DNA of 64,000 nt from Trichosphaerium sp. ATCC 40318 (GCA_038496445.1 JALMLS010000155.1:124001-188000); one strand, 5' to 3'; positions 11,780 through 23,924 are shown, counted from the stretch's first letter. A program made the numbers and translations. The notes: generated from the sequence alone by a model not told the origin.

Positions 11780-11839
11780 AGGTTTACTTGCTTTAGGCTT
11801 GATACTCTGAAACTGGTTTGAAAAGTGAAATCACAAAGA

Positions 11840-12543
11840 CTGAATCTCACTGTGTTATTTTTTAATAGGTTGTAACAACTTTCGTGTAAGATATTCTGAT
11901 AGTCAAACAATCGTATCTGCTGTTTTAAGAGATTCTGCAACTTCAACAAATACTGAACTCAGTTTTGATATCACCCAGGAGATATCTACACCTGTAGATG
12001 TATGTATCCCTTACGGAAATAGTATTGGTGATCTGGTATCAGTTGATCGTGTTGAATATGTGCTAGATGCTGATATTGGAGGTGCTGATACTGTTATCTC
12101 ATACGCCTGCTGTCAACCATCTGTATCCTGTTGGTAAGAATGATGTTTTATCCGTTTTTCTCATGCAGTATCACAATCGAGTTGACATCATCTGGTCAAT
12201 TAAAAAACATTGGTGCCTCTATCACCACATCTTCTGGTGAATCTACTCCAATCCGTTCAAATGAAAGATCTTCAGCGTATGTACCTTTGTATCTGTATCA
12301 GGTTCTTCCATTTCCTTTAATTGTTATTTTAGTCAAGGCACTTCTGCTATCTGTGATGCTCCAACACTATCTTCTATCACTGTTTCTGGAAGCAATAGTG
12401 ACGATGATGACGATGGCGATGATGACGGTGACAGCACCGTACCACCAACACAAGTACCATGTGCTTTGTATTGTCACAACACTCCAGAATGTCGTCAAGA
12501 GCCTCTTTGCTTTGGATCTTACTGGGACCAAGCAAATGCGTAG
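11840..12543 (+). pseudogene. Secreted PEP-CTERM-like-domain protein, copy 3 (5'-truncated fragment)
   Basis: Begins inside intron 1, fused to the HEPN copy 2 upstream DNA. Lacks exon 1 and most of exon 3. Has a 78-nt deletion between CATGT microhomologies at ~12458-12462. Confidence 0.85.
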
Positions 12544-12754
12544 AACTAATAAACGCAAAGGATATTGCATTTATCTATCCTCCCTTCACTATCATTCATG
12601 TCTATGTATGATCATAATTACTGTCATTTATGAGGTGTCTAATATTGTGTCACAGAAAGTGACATTGTGGGTTCAAACTAAGCAAATTTTTTCTCTCCAA
12701 CTAGTTTTTATTTACAAATGATGAACATTAGGTCTTCAACTAAACGTTATTACG

Positions 12755-13288
12755 TTACTTTTTTAAAGATGTAATTTTGTTGGAAAGTTCTTCAACTTGG
12801 AAATTAAGATCTCTAGATCTTTGAGTGCTCATTCGTAACTCCAATTGTGCGTTTTTCATAGCAGTGGCATTCGCTTTGTCTGCCTCCTCTTTTCCTTTCT
12901 TTACACCTTTCTCGTACGCTGCTTTTTCAATAGCCGCTATTGCTGCATCATCCCTGAGCATGTTATATAATGAGTGAGAAAGTTAAATACGCACTTGTAC
13001 TCATCCTTCCTAACGACTACGTAATCTTCGTGCCGTAGTGTACTCATCGTTCTACATCTCCCTGGGATTTCGCTATAGCTAAGCCATTAATGTTACGAGT
13101 TCATAATTAACCGTACTCATTACTTCGTGCTGTCCTCAATAGACCCCTGTAGTATCCTTCATGTTGAACAACCGCTACAGTATTAAGGTACAGACCAGAA
13201 AGTGTGTTGAGTACGTACCATCACCGTTACCACCTGGACTTGATATACTATTATGTTCCTTGTGTTCTGTATGTTTCGTATGAGACAT
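12755..13288 (-). pseudogene. HEPN-like family copy 3 (core exon deleted)
   Basis: Exons 1-2 match copy 2 (11540-11780) and the last exon encodes the coiled coil (DDAAIAAIEKAAYEKG...). Near 13055, exon 2 is fused directly to 3' sequence, removing the R-x4-H exon. Confidence 0.8.
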
Positions 13289-13319
13289 AGGTTTACTTGC
13301 TTTAGGCTTGATACTCTGA

Positions 13320-13730
13320 AACTGTTTTTGAAAAGTGAAACAAGGTAAAACCGATTCACAAAGACATAACAAAAAACTGTTGTTGGGGTTTTTTTTCATT
13401 TTATTACACGTTTTTCTTTGCTTTCTACGCTTGGAGGTTCCTTTAAGACCCTAAATACAATGAGTTTTAGAATTTACACCAAAACAAACTTAGAACGTTT
13501 GGTTTAAATGTATTGTTGACTGACGTTAGTGGTAGACATATCGTGGAGGTTTGAGTTGATTTTAATCAAGTTAAGCTGTTCTCGATTTGGTGATTTTTAA
13601 CAAATCAATCACATTGCGAGATTTTTTTTTTCTCAGTTGCAACAGGTTTATACTCTTAATTAAAGCACTCTAGCATCTTATACATATGAATAGTAAACGT
13701 ATACAACCGGAATTCTTCGTTGTTTCAAGA
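13320..13730 (+). repeat. Duplicated upstream/promoter region of the HEPN-like family, copy B
   Basis: Direct repeat of ~6790-7232. Confidence 0.9.
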
Positions 13731-13951
13731 GATATTTGCGTATTTTAGTATTAAATTGCGTTGTAATAGTTTCTACTTTTAATTTTTTATTTATCCCATT
13801 GCGCTAGCACCCACAGTTGTTATGTTATACTCCTCTTCCATAAAAAAATTGAGGAAATTATAAAATCATAACTTGTCAGGCGCTAGCTACTCTCATTAAT
13901 CCACACTTAGTCGAGGATGGGTGGCTTCTGTGCTTTATGAAATTGTTTTGA

Positions 13952-16900
13952 TTATATCTGTTGGGATCTATGTAATGATATTCTCGTGGATAACCTTCTA
14001 CTGAGTCTATATCCTTCTCCAGGTTCTTGTGCAAAAGCATAACCAGTATCTATTAAACACATTAGAGGAGCAATTACTTTGTGACATTACAAAAATCACT
14101 GTTTGCAGAAAGCGTTACAAATTCACAATTTTTTTGTCCCTTTCTACTACCCAGTCCCATGAAAATACTGTCTTTAAAGCGTAAAAAGCGCAAGGTATTT
14201 TCGTTGGGAAAAAGAAAGGGAAGGAGAACGACCAGAACTGTGGCCACGAAAAGTGAAAAGAGAATTTTTTTCAACGTACTTTTTTGTAGTAAAGAAACAG
14301 ATACAGCTTTTGATAACCTACGGTTACTTGGGTGTGTATTGATAAGGTTTTCACGCTCATTATCTCTCTTTTCAGTATGGTCTTTGCGCTTTTGGTTCTT
14401 AGCTGTGTTCTTTGATTTACCAGCTATTAGGGCGTGTTGGATGATATGGTAATCTGATGGAAATAACACTCGTCGGAAACTAGATTTGAAAAAAAAGTTA
14501 AGAAAAAAAAGAGAAAAAGTCTTGGTACAACTCCCGCGGCTCTAACCATTGCACATTCTTCCTGTTGCTCCACCACGGACACATTTTATGTTGAATTCTA
14601 TTGATAGAAATTGTATTTCATGGTGTGAGGCAAAAGAAGAGTTGTGGTGATATGAACTTTGTACGAAGAGTTTGATTATTTAATTTAATGATTACCTCTG
14701 CCACATCATATCTCTCCATAATGCGATAGAAACAGCAAGAGTAGTTGTAGCATAGAATATAGGTTCTTTTGCCATTAAAAAAAATAGTTTAAATATCTCA
14801 TTGGCACCAGATCCTGGAAGGTAGAGAATTAAAATAAGTCAGAAAAAAAGTCATGGTATAAAATCATTACCCATGGAGTACATTGTAGAATATACAGCCA
14901 GAAAAACAAAGAATAATACTATTGAACCCCATAATGCTATATGATTCCAAACTGTAACATATCTAGATTCGAGGAATAACTTGAAAGTGACAGTAATCAG
15001 AATAGTCGCATATCTGTTGCGTTGTAAGTTTTTCTTTTGAGTAATTTTTTTGACGCCGTACAGTGTTGTGCCTATAAAATATAAATCAAGTGGATTACCA
15101 CTGCTTTGCATGACACTGTGTTCTAAACATAGTGTGACAATCACGAATGTTATCTTAGGAAGTGTAAGTAAGCAATGATTAAGTCTCAAGCTGTGTCAAT
15201 AAAAAGTAGTTGAATGAAATATTATCGTACAAAGGAGTGAAAAATAGCGTTTGTTATATAACTCATAAATGTCAGTAATGAGAACTAAGCGAATTATATT
15301 AGAAAAGACCATTCATATGGATATGAACAGTTAAAAAAAAAACCATCAAAAGAGAAGTTCGTGGCTTAGTAGCACTATGCTTTGAGCCAACAAAAAGCAC
15401 CATAAAATGGATTTAACGCATTAACTAGTTGTCTAAAATATGAAAATACAACTTACTGCCTTATTGCGTTGACCATAATTATACAAATTAGGATAGGATA
15501 TCAATGCTGATTGATTTACATCTTGATCAAAAAGACCAAAAACAACCACAGGTAGGGATGTGAAAGCAATATTATAAAGCGTAAGCGTCCATCGTTCATA
15601 AAGAGACTATAAACAGAGTTAAAATTGCAACATAAAAAAGCGTGCAGAGTAAGCTTGATAACAGGAAAAAAGAAAAAAGAAAGAAAAAAAGAGGCGTACC
15701 TGACCAGAATAGCCATTTCGTACTGTGAAGAAAAATTGAGATAAATAAAGTACGATATTCTTATAGAAACTGTATAGTATAACTTTAGCTGTGCGCCTGT
15801 ATGACCAACGACCATGAACAAAAAGTAAACGCTGCAAGAACCTACACAAGGTTAAAAAAATGAGACCAACATAAGGGAAAGAAAGGGTTGTACCTGAATT
15901 GACCAATCGAAAAATCGGAAGCCCGTGCAGCTTGAGCTCCTTCTTGACCAGATATACCGATACCAACATCAGCAGCTTGTATCATAGATACATCATTAGC
16001 ACCATCGCCAATTGCAAGACAAACACCATCTCCTTTTTGCTTCACCAATGAAACTATACCTCCTTTATGTGCAGGTGTAGCACGGCATGCAATGACGGCT
16101 TTACATTTTAGAGCGACCTCAAGGAACTTATACTTAAGTTTTGGTTCCAAAGCGAAGTCAAGTGTGTCACCATCGATTACCATAGCTAAATTCTAAAGGA
16201 GAAAAGTCACATAAAAGTCACAAAGTCAACTTGAAATGCGATTAAACATCGCTTATAAATGAGTGAGTGTAGACTAGCATAAAATATATGCGTAAGATAA
16301 CATGTATTTTGAAAATTGAATTATTTGATGCAAAACAGTGTTGTAAAAAGTACTCACTTCGTCTTTTGTTACTGTTTGAAAATCAGCTAACATATCATGT
16401 ATGTGTTCTTCACAACTCTCTTCATCTTTATGATTGACAATAACGAGTTGCATATGTTCAGTAAGTAGGTTACACGAGTGACCAATATTAATAGCTGTCT
16501 CCTGTTTGTCGCCCTTGAAAACATAACTGTTAGCCCAAGTCATACAAGCAAAAAGTTGTCAGTTCCACGTTTTTTTCTGACGTACTGTCAACATCCATGT
16601 GCTAATACCAGCTATTGAAAGAGCATTTATTGTATCAGGTACCCCAAGTTGTAACTTATCTTCAATAGCTGTTGCACCAAGTAATGTCAAGTCTCGTTCA
16701 ATCATTTCCGAAACTCGATTAATTTTTTCTGTACGGTCTCTAACAGCTTTTGATGCTTCTTCGAATTTTGCGTTCCTAGCACTTTATGTTAATTCTTTTA
16801 TTCTTATAATTAACGTATAGCATACCAAGCATCGTATTCCTTTGGATCTAGTATCGTTTTGGCGATTACAAGTGTACGCAAACCAGTACGTGCGAATTCC

Positions 16901-19667
16901 TTAAGTATAATTAATTACGTTGAAAGAAAAGAACTGTGACGTACTTCTAAATGTTTCATTGTCACTGAGTCATGTGCATTATCTTTAGATAATCTTGGGT
17001 ATATTACACAATCTGCTCCTTTACAATAAAGCGCAATTTCATCTGTACCACGTTCTCTGCAAATCACAGACATTCTCTTTCGTGTACTAAAAAATCAAAA
17101 GTAAGAGAACAAAACAGTTACTTTTTGTTCTTATTTTCTGATGCAAGTTCTTATTGTAACTATGCATACTTTCGCCCGAATATCACCGTGGGTTATTTGG
17201 CAATAGATTATATTAATCGCAGGGCAACAAAGCCAAACTGACAAAAAAATTCCAAGTTTTCTTTGCTTGTCATTTGAAATAGTTTTATAAGCGTACCCAT
17301 TGAACTCAAGTATATTCAGTAGTTCATATTCATGTGTAGTTCCCAAAACATCTATAACCAATCCTTGGTGATCACGTTTCTTAAAAGTAAACCCATAATG
17401 TCCACAAGCTCTTAAAAGTGCTTCTTCATCAGGACTAGCAGCTTGCATTATTGATTCTCCATCTTTATCTTCTAAAACGACTGTATGTGCTAAGGAGAGA
17501 ACAAGAAAGAAGTCTTTTATGCTTTCAGGTATTGTTGATGAACTAAGTAATGCTTGTTGTAAAGCATAATCATTAGATTGACCACCTTCATCATCAGATT
17601 TGATATATTTCTTCCCAGCAATAGAACAACACTTAAACTTCATCTGAAAAAAAGAATCAAAAAATAACCACAACAAAGACGCACGTGTCTGAACCAAAAA
17701 AAAAGAAGATCTTTCAAGTCTTTTATTTGCAAATAGCAAAAAATAATGAAGCTTGGAAAGTACTAGTAGTGGTCAAGGGCGTACTTGGTTTCTTGTAAGA
17801 GTGCCAGTTTTATCAGCAAAAACATACTTGACTTGACCAAGTTCTTCATTTAAGTTTGATGTTCTTGCTTCAACACTCTTTTTCTTATAAACCATTCTTT
17901 GATCTGCTTCTATAAGTATAGCTTGTCCAATTTTTACCAACTCAACAGTAACATAAAGTGATATAGGAATAAGGTTGTTGTAAAGAATCAGAAATGTTAT
18001 AGAATTCAATAAAATAGTTTCATAGAATTTATCTTCATCAAGACGAAGGTACCAATGAGATAAATTGCGTTTCTAATACATATAAGTGTTTGACACAACA
18101 TACTAACAGTAGCGAGCACGTACTGTCCAAAAGCCAGACATTATACTACAAAATAAGGATAGAACAACAAGAAATGCGAAGAGAGCTACTATCATGATAT
18201 TTGTTCTCTTTTCAACTCGCGATTGCTTATGAGGTGTTTGCCTTTTAAGTTTGTTAGCTAAGCGTTCAGGTAATGTATATAGTTAACCTGGAGTTTCGCA
18301 TTATCTTGGTGTCTTTCCCAGTAAAAACAGCAACACCCATAACCCATTCTGTGTTCTTCAACTGAGCACCCTTGTTGCAGTGGTTTAGTCGAAGGCTTGT
18401 TTTGAGGAAAAAGTGCTTGTGACGAACTCTTAAGAGAAGGTTACTTTTATCCAACCTATAAGTATTTTCATTATAATCCAGGCGCCCGTCAAAGTTGTAC
18501 ACATTAGCATTAGGTTGTTCACATTTAATAACACCTAGAAAATAAATAACTTTATTAACCAGAAGAACTCTTTCACTGTAGACACTCACCGTTGAATTCT
18601 GATGCGTCATACGCATTTTGAATGTCCAAAGTCTCTTGCAATGCAGTAAAAGTCTTTAAGTTTGTTTCTCTTGATGAGTACTATCAGTATAACTTCAGAA
18701 TAACTACTACTTTCATACCCATCCAGTTGTGACGTTTCAGCATAGCACGTGCCTAAATGGTCACTTGTTGATATGAGCAACAAATCCACTGGTATTAAAT
18801 CATCCTTTTTAACCCTTACAAAATCTCCAACCTTTAAAAGAAGACCAGAGTAAGTGCCGTAACAAACACGAAAAAACGTGAAAAAAAACGTGAGAAAACA
18901 CAGAGGCGTTGCATCCAATGTACTACGCACGTGAATATCTTTCCATTTTTTACTAATAAATGTACTATTCTCAAGAATTTCAGTGGGTTGACCGTTTATC
19001 GCTGCATCTTGCTTATGTCGTTTCTAAAGGAGCAATTTTAGAGCGAAATAGTGAAACAATATTTGGTAAAAAAAAGTAACAGAAAAACCTCTCTAACTCA
19101 TTACGTACAACATCTTCCCAAATTTCTTTCAGTGCTGTGATACCTAATACACCAAGGAGAGGTCCTAGTGTAGTCCATTTACCTGTTGGTGACACGCCAG
19201 GGATTTGCTGAAAAAGAAAACAGCTTGGTTAATAAATCGACTTTCGGGCGCGTGGCGAAATGATTTTTGAATAAATGAAGCAGTTTTGATGTTTTTGTCA
19301 GTTTTGGCAATGTTATCTTATAAATATGAGACGTGAGATATTGCTACGCACTTGTAATAGCCCAACAAGAAGAAAATATAAATTAGCAAGGCGTTTGAAT
19401 TGTTCATAAAGGTTCTTAAACAGAAAGTTCCAAATAGTGTATTTTGCAACTCTAGTGACGTTTGAAGGGTATGATATGTTATCTGCTACAGCGTTGTTGT
19501 AAATTATGCGTGGGTTATAGTCCTCATCGTCTAAACCTACGGAAAACGTTAAAAACATACTCCAAAGCGCTTTTCATCACAAATAAAACGAACTGCGTGC
19601 CAACGATATTTTGTTCGTTTTCATTACTATCAAAACGCTCAAGGCGATCAGTCATTGCGTGAGACAT
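13952..19667 (-). CDS. DRS2: P4-type ATPase (phospholipid flippase), Drs2/ATP8A-like, multi-exon
   Basis: Motifs [85 protein letters not shown] and C-terminal GYAFAQE. Confidence 0.95.
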
Positions 19668-19853
19668 GCCACAAAAGGGATTTTCATTTGACACTTCACT
19701 AATGTGTAACACACAAAAAGTACAATGTTGAAATTTCTTGAATTGTGGTTGCTTAATTTGTTTCAAGCTACTATTAAAACGTGACAACTTATTATGTACT
19801 GCGCTCGATAGCTTGGATTGTGGTCAATAGACTTATAGTTATCAGTCTTTTTA

Positions 19854-20089
19854 TAGGAATTGACCAGGCGAAGCGACAAAAAAAATTATCGCTAATCCCA
19901 AATTTGAGCTAGGTATTGTTTATCACTGGGCATGTACTTCTTGTTAACCACCAAATCATGTTTAAATACTTGCTAGTACCTATTGTAAGAAATAAGAGCG
20001 ATGAAAAAGGTTTTGCTTATGAGTAATGACCAACTCAAAATTGGAATTATGGATATTTTTTTTTGTCGCTAATCCGGGTCAATTCCGTA
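19854..20089. mobile_element. MITE-like non-autonomous DNA element (~230 bp, ~60-bp imperfect TIRs, flanked by TA)
   Basis: Left end GGAATTGACCAGGCGAAGCGACAAAAAAAATTATCGCTAATCCCAAATTTGAG. Reverse complement of right end GGAATTGACCCGGATTAGCGACAAAAAAAAATATCCATAATTCCAATTTTGAG. TA at 19854-19855 and 20088-20089. Confidence 0.7.
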
Positions 20090-20409
20090 AGTGATTAATA
20101 CTATTTCTGTTCGGGTACTAGTGTTTCTCGAAGAAGTTAATATTGTCGGCTACGAGACATATGCGAAAGACAACATAGTGAGATTCTGAGACGCTTTTTT
20201 TCAGCCAAATTACCCACAATAAAACAAAGCTTGAAAGTGACAAAGTATTTTATTGAGTTGATATTCGCTACAGTTAGCCTTCGTCCAACGCTATTCAGTA
20301 CAACCTTTGACAAATCATAGAGATTTGAATTCGAGGCTAAGCTTTCAGAACCTAAACGGTTAACTGTTTGTAACCGAAAAAGCAAGACCCCTGCACCACA
20401 AATAACAAC

Positions 20410-22465
20410 CATGTATGATAGTGAAGGGAGGATCGCTAAAATGCAATATCCTTTGCGTTTATTAGTTCTACGCATTTGCTTGGTCCCAGTAAGATCCAAA
20501 GCAAAGAGGCTCTTTATGACATTCTGGAGTGTTGTGACAATACACAGCACATGATCTTGAAACACAGTTTGATGAAAATATGCATGGGTTACGTCTTGTA
20601 AGACGGAAACACTTTCTGTGGTTAGACATGGTACTTGTGTTGGTGGTACGGTGCTGTCACCACCATTATCGTCACTATCGCTTCCAAAAACAGTGATAGA
20701 AGATAGTGTTGGAGCATCACAGAAAGCAGAAGTGCCTTGACTAAAATAACAATTAAAGGTAAATGGAAGAACCTGATACAGATACAAAGGTACATACGCT
20801 GAAGATCCTTCATTTGACCGGATTGGAGTAGATTCACCAGAAGATGTGGTGATAGAGGCACCAATGTTGTTTACTTGACCAGATGATGTCAACTCGATTG
20901 TGATAGTGCATGATGTTTGTGAGTTTTGACTCAAAGTAGCTTCAAATTGAAGTACATTATTCGTCACACTTGATGAAGATGTTCCAGAGCAAGATGATGA
21001 TTGAATAGTACCAACAGAGCTGTCAAATTCAAAAGAACCTGATATGGTCTCGGAAGCAAGTACTGGAAACCTCTCGTAGTTCTCACAAGTCACATCAACA
21101 TTGATCTCATCACCGACTTTCAAATCGTTGATATTTGCAGAACCAAGAGGATTGATTGTATGCCTAATGACCACATGAGTACATGGTACTGAAAAAAAAA
21201 ATTGGTGGATTTAGATTGTAAAATCTGAAAAACAGATAAAACAGCATTCTTACCAACAGGATACAGATGGTTGACAGCAAGCGTATGAGATAACAGCATC
21301 AGCACCGCCAACATCAGCATCTAGCACATATTCAATACGATCAACTGATACCAGATCACCAATACTACTTCCGTAAGGGATACATACATCTACAGGTGTA
21401 GATATCTCCTGGGTGATATCAAAACTGAGTTCAGTATTTGTTGAAGTTGCAGAATCTCTTAAAACAGCAGATACGATTGTCTGACTATCAGAATATCTTA
21501 CACGAAAGTTGTAACAACCTAATAAAACACTGAGATTCAGCTCAATAAATAACCCGTTTAATAAAACGTACTGCACCCGTTCTGAGTCAAGTCCAATGGA
21601 GGTGAAATGCCAGAAAAGTCTGATCCAGCGTACACAGAAGAACAAGATCCAATGACAGAGACATCATTAGATAGTTGGAAACCAAGATTGTTTACAATCG
21701 CACAAGAGGTTCTCAATGCATCAATTGGGGCTCCTGATAACCTGTTTGCTGTGAGATCTCTACGACCACCGACAATAGAGCCATCGAGAGTAGTTTCAGT
21801 TACTTGAAGAGATGAATTGATAGCTTCAGATCTTCCAAAGGCAACAAAGGGATCAACTTGAGATGCGTTGAGGGATACAAGGAATAGTCCAACGAATAGA
21901 AGCAAGAGTTGTTGTTTCATGTTTATGGTAAATTGATTTGTGGTGATACTGAATAAGGAGTAAATAAGTCAAACGTGGCACTTTGTGGTATCAGCTCGTG
22001 GCTTGTGAATCAAAATTTTGGATGACGTCACATTGTGTGAGAAAGGTACTTACTTTGTCTTTAGTAAACATCAAAGATTCTGGATATGGAATGAAATAAT
22101 TAGTGTTGTGCCAACTTTGAACCTCTGTTTGAAAAGTTTTCTGCGCGTGTCATATTCTTTGAATGGGTTTTATCTTTTACTGGCTCCCATCAGGAACTGT
22201 TTTTACGAGTATTATTCATCTACAAAGGAGTGCCTTGTGTGGTCATAAATGCTGTTGTAATGGTTCGAGCCCAGCCGAGTTTTTTTAAGTGAAGCCATTA
22301 CCTTTTTAGTTGGTGCTTAAAAACTGTTGGTGTGCCTCATATGCTTTTATAGGTAATGTACCAAGTACTGCACAACATTCACATGACATGTAGGAGTGGG
22401 AGTATACTAGATCTCGAGATATCACGTGATTATAAACTTTAAAGTTTAGAGTTTCATGTGTGTAG
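20410..22465 (-). repeat. Right arm of ~2 kb inverted duplication (partner 8598-10629)
   Basis: Reverse complement of the left arm, with scattered substitutions and indels. Confidence 0.95.
20468..21920 (-). CDS. Secreted PEP-CTERM-like-domain protein, copy 2 (most complete; 1-nt frameshift near the C-terminus)
   Basis: Exons 1-3 are intact: signal peptide, beta-rich domain, Ig/DUF11-like domain and acidic linker. One G is missing at ~20624 versus copy 1, shifting the Cys-rich tail. The original-frame TAG (20468-20470) is followed by AATAAA. Confidence 0.75.
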
Positions 22466-22470
22466 AGGAA

Positions 22471-23700
22471 ATGTCTTTTTTACACGTGAGGTTCTCACTA
22501 TAGCATTACTCTGTGTGCCATACTCTCGATTAATCTCTTCAATATCAATTACATCACTCTTGCTTTTTGTTGCCTGTCATCAAGTACCACTATGAATTAA
22601 AGACACTCTTTTCTTGTGTGAACACTATGGCGATCATAAGGCAATGGTCTATCCTTTAGTAAAATTCAAAACTAAATTACTTACTACGAATTTGCTTCAA
22701 TATCTGATCTACCATCCGAAGCCTTGCCATAAGCTAGTATAGTATACTGATTATAATATACTAGGTATTCGTCTCCAGAACACACTTGTTCTTCCTGTTG
22801 CTCTCGCTGATGTCATTACTACTACAAGACGTGACAAAGGTAGGAAACTAAATTTTTGGCTTTCATGTATTGCATTCGCCCCGCTAATAATTAAAATTGT
22901 ACATTGAGCAATAACAATAAAGTAGTAAGGTTTAACCTTTGTTTTGACGTCAAAACTACATACTTCAACAACCTGTGAGCTTAGTCCGTTCTCTTACAAA
23001 ATTTATAGTGTAAGATGGTTGAAATAGCTTGCTCGGACAGCGACTGTGTTGCTCTATCTAGTTGGGAAGTAGATCAATCAGTATTTGTAGACTTTGGTGC
23101 AGTTACAAAGGCCATTGCAGCATATGTTAGGACGAAATTCCCTGACAGAGGATTTCAACTTTTTCTATGTTTGTTAAGTTTAAACATTTTCCAAGTTCTT
23201 ATCTATGGCTTAGATTTGTTTCTGCAATGCAGATGGTTCTTTGATTCTAGTAAACAGTATGGCATTTGTGGCTTATTAAGGCCTGGATTTAAAATAACTT
23301 TTAGTTCGCCATTATTGTTCGTTTGGCTCAAAGATGACCGTATTGGAGACCATTCAAGCACAAAGTTGAGACAAAAGCTACTTACTGTTGATTATAAACT
23401 AGAATTGGAACTTACGCACCCAGATTTACTTGCATATGTGAAAGATCATTTACCATTTTATGGCAAAAGTTCTGCTAATTCGGAATAGCATAGGAAAGAT
23501 AGTTTGAAAGATTCTCTTGAATGGGTGAATTGTAAGTTGACAACAATTTTATAGCAAATAAACACGCTGGGTGTATAGCTATGGAGTTACCCTTAAAATT
23601 TCTTGAGAGTAAGCGTTGGGCTCAGATCCATAAGTTTAGTGGGAAAGGCCTAAAAACTCGGGAAAATGCCATGGCAATTTCGCAATGAATTCGTGGGATG
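22471..23700 (+). pseudogene. Degenerate F-box protein gene
   Basis: Restoring one base after TTA gives MSFLPREVLTIALLCVPYSRLISSISITSLLLFVACHQVPL*, with TGA (22593-22595) at the usual F-box Trp position. Exon-like pieces follow at 22765-22838 and from 23010. The 3' end is approximate. Confidence 0.5.
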
Positions 23701-23924
23701 AGTTTTAGCTCTGCCTGTCAAATGGCGTACATCAAACTTACAACCCTTGGCACAAGGTAAACCACAGGTATACTAACAAGGCGTATATTTGAGTAACAGT
23801 CTTGTGAACCTGTTTAATGAAAAAGTGTTCAATAATCGTTAACAGATGGATGTATGAATTAGAAATTGGTTTTAAATTCAGTGATCAGTACTTAACCTAT
23901 ATTGTAAACGAAATAAAAGATACA

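Noticed and set aside
14074-14469. Overlapping sense and antisense ORFs at the flippase 3' end, and similar short ORFs across the track
   Set aside because: They are exon-plus-intron read-throughs or antisense shadows of spliced genes.
20137-20467. Long C-terminal extension of ORF 20137-21174 with a hydrophobic stretch
   Set aside because: It results from the 1-nt frameshift. The Cys-rich frame with TAG and AATAAA shared by all three copies is more likely the real end.
22255-22290. GGTTCGAGCCC followed by a T-run (copy at ~8775-8805, minus strand), resembling a tRNA T-loop/B-box with a Pol III terminator
   Set aside because: No convincing acceptor, D or anticodon stems and no A-box, so not called a tRNA or SINE.
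8598-22465. Giant TIR transposon or Polinton/Maverick
   Set aside because: No transposase, integrase, polB or capsid inside. The arms are copies of an intron-containing host gene and no target-site duplication is evident.
22593-22595. TGA at a conserved F-box Trp position suggesting a UGA=Trp code
   Set aside because: Conserved genes here end in TGA, TAA and TAG and need no readthrough. The same gene also has a frameshift, so this is decay.
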